Shown here: positions 25,404-32,187 of the stretch, piece by piece
Position numbering within the stretch: the stretch's first letter is position 1
Layout of the letters: each line of letters begins with the position of its first letter
Assembly: GCA_016212795.1 (NCBI GenBank)
Contig: JACRDT010000015.1
Span: 132,770-196,769, forward strand
DNA length: 64,000 nucleotides
Source of the DNA: Elusimicrobiota bacterium
GTDB taxonomy: Bacteria; Elusimicrobiota; Elusimicrobia; UBA1565; UBA9628
Direction of reading: 5' to 3'
The notes under the pieces: generated by a model
What the model saw: the letters and a program-made list of their open reading frames with translations, nothing else
Databases searched by the model: none
Told to the model about the DNA's origin: nothing
Position numbers and translations under genes: made by a program

Positions 25404-25679
25404 CTAAAATGACTTCAGGAAGCGTCTGACATCGTCATGGCTGCCGTAAAGCAGGTACAAAATCGCGCCTTCGCGTTTGAGATACAGGACCCGTTTCTTG
25501 ATGCCCGCCCGGAACTCGAAGAAGTCGCCCCGGAGGTGTTTCATCCCAAGTCCCCTGGGAAACCGGCCGGCTTCCCAGGCTGTCTCGAATTTCGCGACTG
25601 CTTGATAAAGGCGCCTGCCTTCGCCCGGGGATAGCTCGGAGATCGTCGCGTGGAAAGACCCCGAGTAGCCGAACCGCAC
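25404..25679 (-). CDS. RelE/ParE-superfamily type II toxin
   Basis: GTG 25679 lies 4 nt after the antitoxin stop. GMKHLRGDFFEFRAGIKKRVLYLKREGAILYLLYGSHDDVRRFL fits the RelE/ParE C-terminal pattern. Confidence 0.6.
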   Translation of the reverse strand: MRFGYSGSFHATISELSPGEGRRLYQAVAKFETAWEAGRFPRGLGMKHLRGDFFEFRAGIKKRVLYLKREGAILYLLYGSHDDVRRFLKSF

Positions 25680-25683
25680 GGCG

Positions 25684-25968
25684 TCAGCGCGGCTTGAGCC
25701 GCGACTTGAGATGCCGCAAGGAAGCTTGGGAGTCGAGCCCGGCCGCAGCCGGGGGCTTGGCCGCGAGCCCGCGAATCTTCTCCCACTCCTCATCGGTAAA
25801 TGGGTCGCTGGTCGGGACCGGCTCAATGCGGGTCAACGCCACGCGCCGGCCGTCTACTATGAACCCCACCAAGTCGCGAGCCTCGCGCAGGCTCAGGGCT
25901 TTGCGCACGGCCTTGGGCAGGGTCACCTGCGCCTTGTTGCCCAAATGGCTGAAATAGACATGCTGCAT
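25684..25968 (-). CDS. AbrB/MazE/SpoVT-type antitoxin
   Basis: N-terminus LGNKAQVTLPKAVRKALSLREARDLVGFIVDGRRVALTRIE is a swapped-hairpin (SpoVT-AbrB)-like motif. It sits upstream of the toxin. Confidence 0.65.
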   Translation of the reverse strand: MQHVYFSHLGNKAQVTLPKAVRKALSLREARDLVGFIVDGRRVALTRIEPVPTSDPFTDEEWEKIRGLAAKPPAAAGLDSQASLRHLKSRLKPR

Positions 25969-25974
25969 GGGAAT

Positions 25975-26003
25975 ATCCTATTTTACGGAAATCTCAGATT
26001 TCC
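25975..26003 (-). promoter_or_regulatory. TA promoter/operator: TAGGAT-N6-ATG plus perfect inverted repeat GGAAATC-N3-GATTTCC
   Basis: Minus strand reads GGAAATCTGAGATTTCCGTAAAATAGGATATTCCCATG. The palindrome at 25987..26003 is a likely antitoxin operator. Confidence 0.45.
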
Positions 26004-26048
26004 TCCATTCAGTATAGCAGGCCCTCGCGCGTTCGTCAAGCGGCGGCG

Positions 26049-26083
26049 ATCAGCCCCGGATGACCGCGGACTCCACCGGACCG
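26049..26083 (+). repeat. 35-bp direct repeat, copy 2 (right flank of TA cassette, immediately 3' of the kinase stop)
   Basis: ATCAGCCCCGGATGACCGCGGACTCCACCGGACCG. Confidence 0.85.
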
Positions 26084-26088
26084 GCGCG

Positions 26089-28917
26089 TCAAGAAGCCGC
26101 CGGCGCGGACACGGAGGCAGTCAGGAATGCGGCCAGGGCCGAGCGCACTTCCATGGCCGTCTGCGGCCGGCCCGCGGGATCGGCCTTGAGGCAGCGGGCC
26201 ACGAGTTCCTTGAGCGCCGGGGGGACATCCTCGGGCAGGGGGCGGTACGCCTCCGCGCGCTTCTGCGCGGCGGGATCAGGACCCCGGAAGGGAATCTCGC
26301 CTACGAGCATCTCGTAGGCCGTCGCCCCGAGCCCGAAGAGGTCCGACCTGGCCGAGGAGCGCCCCTCGTGCTGCTCGGGCGCCATGTAGGCCAAGGTCCC
26401 GGAGACCCCGCTCTCCCGGATGGACTGGCCTCCCGCCGTCTCCCGAGCCAGCCCGAAATCCATCACCTTGACCTGGCCCCGGCGGTCGACCATGACGTTG
26501 CCGGGCTTCAAGTCCCGGTGCACCACCCCTTTGCCGTGCGCGTGCTCCAGGGCCGCGGCGATCGAATCGAGCAGCCGGGCGCACTCCCGGGCCGGGACCC
26601 GGCCGCGGTGGGCGATGAGGGCCGAGAGGGTCTCTCCGTCGACGAACTCGAGCACGAGGTAGAAGGTCCCGGCCCCCTCGATGAGCTCCGCCAGGCCCAC
26701 GATGTTGGGATGGCTCAAAGCCGCCAGGATGCGGGCCTCGTTCCTCAAGTCCTCGCGGTGGCTGGAACTGGCTGCCAGCTCCCCACGCAGCCTCTTCAAG
26801 GCCACGTCCCGGCCGGTCTTCAAGTCCTTGGCGCGGTAGACGATCCCCATCCCGCCGACCCCGGCCGACTTGAGCAGCAGGTAGCGCTCGTTGATCAACC
26901 CCGCCCGCTCCTTGTCCTCCAGGCTCCTCAGGAGCGCCGCCATGTCCGCCCCGGCCGTCGCCGCTTTGGCCGCGGTCGCGGTCGTCGTCAGGGTGGCGAT
27001 GAGCCGGGATTCCTCGGCCGGGATGGCCTCCAGGTTCCTCATCCGCTCCGACAGGTCCTTGAAGGAGCCGACGGCCGCGAGCAGCGCCTTGTAGACCGCC
27101 TGCGCCCGGTCGAACGCCCCGGCCTTCTCGCAGGCCAGCCCGAAATAGTAATGGACCTCCGGGGCGCTCTCGACGCTCAGGACCTTCGCCAGGTCCGCGT
27201 AGAGCCGCGCCGCCTCGGGGAAGCGGTCGAGGCGGTTGAAGACCCTCAGGCCCAGGCCGTAGCCCCGCGCCCCCCACTTGGACCTGGGCACGCTCTCGAG
27301 GACCTTGAGGCCCCGCTCCTCCAGGCCCGCCTCGGCCAGGGCCTCGGCCAGGAGCAGGCGGTGAGCCTCGGGGATGGAGGCGGGATCGAGCGTCTCCAGG
27401 CTGCCCAAGCCCGCGTGGGCCCGGATCAAGACCGGATAATCCGCCGGATCGAGCCTGCCCTTGGCCTTGAGGAGTTCCAGGGCGGACGCGCTCGCTCCCA
27501 ACTCCTGGAAGGCCTGGGCATAGCCTGACCAGAACTCAGGGGAACGCTCCTTGGAGCCCGCGCGTCCGAGGAACTCCCACCCGGCCTTGGCGGTGATGAA
27601 GTGCCCCGCCACGACCATCGCGTCGGCCTCCTCGCGGGAAGCCGTCCTCAACAGTTCCTCATCGAGCATCCCCAGGGCCTCATCCCAAAGCCCCATGCCG
27701 GAGAAAGCGTTGGCCAGGGTCAGGCGCTCCCAGTAGGTCCGGGCAGCCAGCCCGCCCCTCCTCAGGCGCAGGACCTTGTCGATGATCCCGAACAAGGCCG
27801 CCTGCTCCCGGTCCAGGCCGCGGCCCTTCTTCAGGAGCGCGTGGGCGGCCTCGTAGTCTCCCGCCGCGAGGAAGGCCCGTGCGAAGGCCTGGGGAGCGTC
27901 CTCGGCCGCTCCGCCGCGGGATGTGCTGCTAAAGAGCGCCAGGAACTCCTGGACCTTGCGCCGCTCGACGCATAACCGCGCAAGCTTGAGTCGTTCCTCG
28001 GGGCTATTGAGGGCCGCCAGCAACTCCGGCAGGCCCGGCTTCCAGCGGTCTTCGAGCCGGGCGGGAAGGTCCCCGGCCCCGGACGCGGCGGCGGCGCCAG
28101 AACCATCGGTCGGAACTTGGGCAGGCTTGGCCAGGACTTTCCGGATAATGAAGACGAGCCCGCCCAGCACGGCCAGGCCCGCCAGGCCCGCGAGGACGAC
28201 CACAAACAGCGCCTGCGACTCCCCCAGCTTGAAGCGCTTGCCCGCGTCTTCAAGCTCGCGGCCGCGCAGGGCCAGGGCGTCCGACGGGAAGAGCTTGGCT
28301 GCCGAGGAAAGGTCCTCCAGGGCCGCGTCATATTCCCGGGCGGCCGCGCGCTCATCGACCTTGCGAAGGAGCGTCAGGTACTCCTCGAGCCGGGCGGCCC
28401 GGCCCATCGCCTTGCCATGGACCTCCTCCCCCCGGTTCTTGCCGGGGCCGTCGGCAAGAGCGGCCTTGAAAGCCGCCAGGGCCTCCGGCATGCGATGGGA
28501 CGCCAGCAGGGCCTCCCCGAAGTAATAGTTCCAGACCGCGGCCGGCTGGGCCTTGCCCACCGACTCGAACTGCGCGACGGCCTTTCCATGCTCGCCTGAC
28601 AGGAGATAGACGGAGCCGAGCCAGTTTCGGGCCTCGAGGTTCGAGGGGTCATCCGCCAGGATGGACTCGAAGCCCGCGGCCGCGTCGGCGAACTTCCCCT
28701 GTCGGGCCAGCCCGACAGCCTTCTCCAAACCGGCCCGGGCGGCCTGGGCGCGGCCCCGCGCCGCCAGCCCGCCGTCGATGGCCCCAGGCGGCGTCACGGC
28801 CCGCAACGGCTTTGCCTTCCCCGAAGAGGATGCCGCGCAGGCCGGAACCGCGCTGGCCGCGGCCAGGGCGAGCGCCAGAAAGCCGGCCGAAATCCGGTCC
28901 ATGCGCGCGATGATCAT
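26089..28917 (-). CDS. membrane Ser/Thr protein kinase with exported TPR region, TM, cytoplasmic TPR-like repeats and C-terminal canonical kinase domain
   Basis: Signal peptide FLALALAAASAVPACAA. TM ALFVVVLAGLAGLAVLGGLVFII. GGMGIVYRA, VALKRL, HRDLKPGNVMV, DFGLAR, YMAPEQ. Confidence 0.85.
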   Translation of the reverse strand: MIIARMDRISAGFLALALAAASAVPACAASSSGKAKPLRAVTPPGAIDGGLAARGRAQAARAGLEKAVGLARQGKFADAAAGFESILADDPSNLEARNWLGSVYLLSGEHGKAVAQFESVGKAQPAAVWNYYFGEALLASHRMPEALAAFKAALADGPGKNRGEEVHGKAMGRAARLEEYLTLLRKVDERAAAREYDAALEDLSSAAKLFPSDALALRGRELEDAGKRFKLGESQALFVVVLAGLAGLAVLGGLVFIIRKVLAKPAQVPTDGSGAAAASGAGDLPARLEDRWKPGLPELLAALNSPEERLKLARLCVERRKVQEFLALFSSTSRGGAAEDAPQAFARAFLAAGDYEAAHALLKKGRGLDREQAALFGIIDKVLRLRRGGLAARTYWERLTLANAFSGMGLWDEALGMLDEELLRTASREEADAMVVAGHFITAKAGWEFLGRAGSKERSPEFWSGYAQAFQELGASASALELLKAKGRLDPADYPVLIRAHAGLGSLETLDPASIPEAHRLLLAEALAEAGLEERGLKVLESVPRSKWGARGYGLGLRVFNRLDRFPEAARLYADLAKVLSVESAPEVHYYFGLACEKAGAFDRAQAVYKALLAAVGSFKDLSERMRNLEAIPAEESRLIATLTTTATAAKAATAGADMAALLRSLEDKERAGLINERYLLLKSAGVGGMGIVYRAKDLKTGRDVALKRLRGELAASSSHREDLRNEARILAALSHPNIVGLAELIEGAGTFYLVLEFVDGETLSALIAHRGRVPARECARLLDSIAAALEHAHGKGVVHRDLKPGNVMVDRRGQVKVMDFGLARETAGGQSIRESGVSGTLAYMAPEQHEGRSSARSDLFGLGATAYEMLVGEIPFRGPDPAAQKRAEAYRPLPEDVPPALKELVARCLKADPAGRPQTAMEVRSALAAFLTASVSAPAAS

Positions 28918-29300
28918 CGGGCGGGCCGAAGGCCGACGACGTTACTGCGGTAGGCCGGGGCGAACCAGGGGCGGTACGCAGCCCGCAAGTCGTCGGCGCT
29001 GCAGATCCAGGAGAAGTCCCCGCCGAGGGCCTTGGGATAGAGCGCGAAGGTCCGGCCCCCGTCCCCGGAGAGGCTCAAGCCGACGTCGAACACCCTGTTC
29101 TCGGGATTGTCCAGCCGGTAGAATATCAACACCCGCCCGGAGGCGTCCTGCTCGAAACGCGCAGATGTCTCCTTTCGAGCGAGACCCGCCGGAGGCTCAG
29201 GAGGGACAAGCTCGGCAACAGCCATCGTGCGCGCGCGGGCCGGCCCCAGGGAAACGGCCAGAAGGGCTCCCGCAACCAGCCTCCCCCAGCGCGGCCTCAT
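28914..29300 (-). CDS. 128-aa secreted protein, paralogous to the signal peptide, N-domain and extreme C-terminus of the FGE-domain protein at 29617..30717 (FGE domain missing)
   Basis: MRPRWGRLVAGALLAVSLGPARA and ARFEQDASGRVLIFYRLDNPENRVFDVGLSLSGDGGRTFAL align with MSARWVRLAGGFLLAAALGPGRA and ARFEQDASGLVRISYRLDNPENRQFDVSLSLSRDGGRIFAL. It ends VGLRPAR versus LGLRPARSR. ATGA overlap with the kinase start. Confidence 0.6.
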   Translation of the reverse strand: MRPRWGRLVAGALLAVSLGPARARTMAVAELVPPEPPAGLARKETSARFEQDASGRVLIFYRLDNPENRVFDVGLSLSGDGGRTFALYPKALGGDFSWICSADDLRAAYRPWFAPAYRSNVVGLRPAR

Positions 29301-29465
29301 GGCCCAGCCGAGTCCTTCTCCGATGGGCCCTCCAAGTCGTCCCTCTGATCGAGGAGCACCTGTTTGAGGTCTTCGTAGCTCACCAGAGATATGATACTCT
29401 GATTGCATAAGAAAGTCAGGTATCATGCAGTTGACTGCACAAGAATAGTCATATCCCAGGAGAAG

Positions 29466-29503
29466 TTATCCACAAAACTTTCCCGGGAAAGTCCGGTGGA
29501 TAA
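29466..29503. promoter_or_regulatory. 38-bp nested palindrome TTATCCAC-AAAA-CTTTCCCGGGAAAG-TCCG-GTGGATAA in an AT-rich intergenic region
   Basis: Read directly. The outer arms equal the DnaA-box core TTATCCAC(A). On the minus transcript the inner hairpin is followed by UUUU (terminator-like). Confidence 0.4.
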
Positions 29504-29616
29504 CCCGAAGCCTCCCTCAAGGACGCGTCAAGACGCTGCCGACGCGGACACGGAGGACATTAAGGAACGCGGCCAGGGCCGAGCCCCCCTCCGCCAAGCT
29601 CCCAAGAGCCGAGAGG

Positions 29617-30717
29617 TCAACGGGACCTCGCCGGGCGCAACCCGAGGAGGTCGTAGCTGCGGCCCGCGTCGCGGTAGTAGCGGAACGCGGTCCGGGCGTT
29701 CCCGGCGGGGAGGCTCCAGGAGCCGCCGCGAAACACCCGGCCCGAACCCCTGGGGCTTTCCCATGCGCTGCCGTCGACCGGCGCGCCATCGTACGAGCCA
29801 TGATACCAATCCTGCGTCACCTCCCAGACATTGCCCGCCATGTCGCACAGGCCCTGCTCGGTGTTCCCGGCGGGCTTTGAGCATACAGGCCAGGTCGAAT
29901 CGCGGCCGCAGCCGACGCCGCCGTCGTCCATGACGGCTCTCGAGCAGCTCGCCTGCTCGTCGCCCCAAGGATATGCCCAGTCCTTGCCGGCGGAACGCGC
30001 CGCGTATTCCCATTCGGCTTCCGTCGGCAACCTCGCTCCCACCCACGCCGAGAACGCCTTGGCCTGGCTCCAGTCCACGCACACCACGGGCTGGCCGTCG
30101 CCTTGGAAGGACGCGGGCAGGTCGCCCTGTTTCCACGCCGAGCCGCTGTACACATAGCACGTCCCGTCGGCGACGTGCGCCGGCGAGCATGCGCCGGCGC
30201 TGACGCAAGCCCTGTACTGCTTGTTGGTCACCTCGGTCTTCGCCATGTATAAGCCCTTCACGGTCACCCGGTGGACGGGTTTCTCGTCGTCGGCCTCGCC
30301 AGCCTCCGAGCCCATCAGGAAGCTTCCGCCCGGGATGAAGACCCACTCGATGCCGGCCCGCTCCTCCGCGGGAGTCCCCTCCACCGCGAAGACGCAGTCC
30401 CGGCACGACAAGCCGGGGTAGTCCTTGTCGACATCCCAGGTGATGAGCTTGGGTCCCGACCCGGCGACCGTCCCGATATCCCCGGCAAGGGCCCTGGGAA
30501 GAAGGGCGAAGATCCGGCCCCCGTCACGGGAGAGGCTCAGGCTGACGTCGAACTGCCTGTTCTCGGGGTTGTCCAGCCGGTAAGATATTCGCACCAGCCC
30601 GGAGGCGTCCTGCTCGAAGCGCGCCGAACCGATGGAGGCCGCCCCATGCGCGCGGCCGGGCCCCAGGGCCGCGGCGAGGAGAAATCCTCCGGCCAGCCTC
30701 ACCCAACGCGCCGACAT
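29617..30717 (-). CDS. secreted FGE-sulfatase-domain protein (no catalytic Cys pair) with N-terminal beta-rich domain
   Basis: WVFIPGGSFLMG, GARLPTEAEWEYAARS, CDMAGNVWEVTQDWYH, RVFRGGSW. Start set at ATG 30717, which sits 7 nt after a perfect promoter. Confidence 0.8.
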   Translation of the reverse strand: MSARWVRLAGGFLLAAALGPGRAHGAASIGSARFEQDASGLVRISYRLDNPENRQFDVSLSLSRDGGRIFALLPRALAGDIGTVAGSGPKLITWDVDKDYPGLSCRDCVFAVEGTPAEERAGIEWVFIPGGSFLMGSEAGEADDEKPVHRVTVKGLYMAKTEVTNKQYRACVSAGACSPAHVADGTCYVYSGSAWKQGDLPASFQGDGQPVVCVDWSQAKAFSAWVGARLPTEAEWEYAARSAGKDWAYPWGDEQASCSRAVMDDGGVGCGRDSTWPVCSKPAGNTEQGLCDMAGNVWEVTQDWYHGSYDGAPVDGSAWESPRGSGRVFRGGSWSLPAGNARTAFRYYRDAGRSYDLLGLRPARSR

Positions 30718-30724
30718 GGCTTTC

Positions 30725-30753
30725 AGTTTACGCGGCCCGGAGAGACGTGTCAA
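30725..30753 (-). promoter_or_regulatory. TTGACA-N17-TAAACT promoter with -10 box 7 nt from ATG 30717 (leaderless)
   Basis: Minus strand reads TTGACAcgtctctccgggccgcgTAAACTgaaagccATG. Positions verified base by base. Confidence 0.65.
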
Positions 30754-30772
30754 CCCTCCTAGTCTATCGCCG

Positions 30773-32098
30773 CTAGGCGTCTTCTTTCAGCCGGGGGTTG
30801 GCGCGGACATAGGCGGCCATCAGGAGGCGGACCGCGGCCCACGACGCGGCGTGAGCGAGGACCCCCGCCACCCCGGCCACGGCCATCTGCTTGGGCAAGA
30901 CCTTGGCCAGGACGACCAAGGAAGCCAGCGCGGCCAGCGTGATGAGCGGGTTGTAGTGGCTCATGACGCCGACCCACACGCCCGCGCCCCAGAGCAGGAA
31001 GACCGCGGCCGCGGCCGCCACGGTCACGACGGGCGCCGCGACGACGCCCAGCCTCGCCGCGACCACGACCACCGCCATGCAGACGAGCACGGAGAACATC
31101 CAGTGGACCGCCGCGCCCGTCCTGTAGGCGCTGAAGCCCTCCGTGCCGGGCACGACGAAGTAGTTCTCCATCAGCCACCGGCCGGCGTCCGCCGCCATTT
31201 CCCACGGATCCTGGGAAGGGACGTCGACCGGCGCGCCCCGCTTCCTCATGGCCTTGAGGGTCGAGCGCGCCGCCTCGCGGACGGGCTTGGCCGGATCCTT
31301 GAGCAGCCTCAGGAGCGGCGCCACGCAGGCCTCGTCGCCGGCCTTCTCGAGAGCGGCGGCGCAGCCCGCGCGCACCGCGGGGGCCGGGCTGGCGAGCCCC
31401 TTGAGCACCGCGGCCTTGTCGTGCCGGCAGAGCGACGCCAGGTAGGACGCGACCCACCCGGCGTCCGACGGCGGGAGCCCGCGGCCGAGCACGGCCACCA
31501 GGGGCTCTAGGCCCAGGGGAGCGTCGATCTCGGCAAGCGCCTGGGCCGCGGCTTTGACCATGAACTGCCAGCTCTCCTTGTCGTAGGCCAGGGCCTTCAC
31601 GAGGGCCGGCACGGCGCGGGCGTCCTTGAACCTTCCCAAGACATCGGCCGCCTGGCAGCGCGCGTACCATGACGGATCCTCGAGGAGCACCTCGATGAGC
31701 GGCTCGACCGCCCGCCGGTCCTCCAGGAACCCCAGGGCGACCACGGCGTGCTCGCGGACCTCCCGGTCGGCGTGCTTGAGAGTCTTGATCACGGGGTCCA
31801 CGGCGCGGGGATCCTCCAGTCGTCCAAGCGAGCTGACGGCCCACCGCACCGCGTCGGCCTCGTCGTCGCCGAGCGCCGCGATCAACGGCTCGACCGCCCG
31901 CTGATCCTCGAGGTCGCCGAGGGCGTTGATCGCCCACCAGCGGTACGGGCAGCTGTTGTCGGACAGGACCTTGATGAGGTGCGGGACCGCCTCCCGGCCG
32001 CGGCGCTCGAGCTCCGAGCGCGCCGAGTCGCTGCCGCGCCACAGCCCCTCCTTGATCAGGTCCGCGATGTCCGTCTTCTCGTCATCGGTCGTTGCCAT
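30773..32098 (-). CDS. HEAT-repeat (PBS-lyase-type) protein with C-terminal multi-TM region
   Basis: Repeated motif D.RAVEPLI..L.D....VR..A..ALG. C-terminal hydrophobic segments VLVCMAVVVVAARLGVVAAPVVTVAAAAAVFLLW... Confidence 0.75.
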   Translation of the reverse strand: MATTDDEKTDIADLIKEGLWRGSDSARSELERRGREAVPHLIKVLSDNSCPYRWWAINALGDLEDQRAVEPLIAALGDDEADAVRWAVSSLGRLEDPRAVDPVIKTLKHADREVREHAVVALGFLEDRRAVEPLIEVLLEDPSWYARCQAADVLGRFKDARAVPALVKALAYDKESWQFMVKAAAQALAEIDAPLGLEPLVAVLGRGLPPSDAGWVASYLASLCRHDKAAVLKGLASPAPAVRAGCAAALEKAGDEACVAPLLRLLKDPAKPVREAARSTLKAMRKRGAPVDVPSQDPWEMAADAGRWLMENYFVVPGTEGFSAYRTGAAVHWMFSVLVCMAVVVVAARLGVVAAPVVTVAAAAAVFLLWGAGVWVGVMSHYNPLITLAALASLVVLAKVLPKQMAVAGVAGVLAHAASWAAVRLLMAAYVRANPRLKEDA

Positions 32099-32118
32099 CC
32101 TGCCTCCGCGCTGCGCCT

Positions 32119-32124
32119 ATTATA
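32119..32124 (-). promoter_or_regulatory. TATAAT -10 box for the HEAT gene (short leader with GGAGG SD at 32103..32107)
   Basis: Minus strand reads gcTATAATaggcgcagcgcGGAGGcaggATG. Confidence 0.45.
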
Positions 32125-32170
32125 GCTCTCATCGGCCGGGGAAGTGGGCCCCCTGTCCACGCCCGATGTG

Positions 32171-32179
32171 TGATATCAT
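32171..32179 (+). promoter_or_regulatory. extended -10 TGATATCAT, 8 nt upstream of ATG 32188
   Basis: Read directly. Confidence 0.45.
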
Positions 32180-32187
32180 AGCGGTGC

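Noticed and set aside
26050-26088. Programmed stop-codon read-through of the kinase TGA adding 12 aa (RAGPVESAVIRG)
   Set aside because: The in-frame continuation is more simply a relic of the duplicated 3' end created by cassette insertion. No read-through signal was recognised.
29466-29503. Replication origin, because of two DnaA-box-like 8-mers
   Set aside because: Only two boxes, arranged as arms of one hairpin. There is no dnaA/dnaN neighbourhood, no box cluster and no clear unwinding element. A terminator or operator explanation is more economical.
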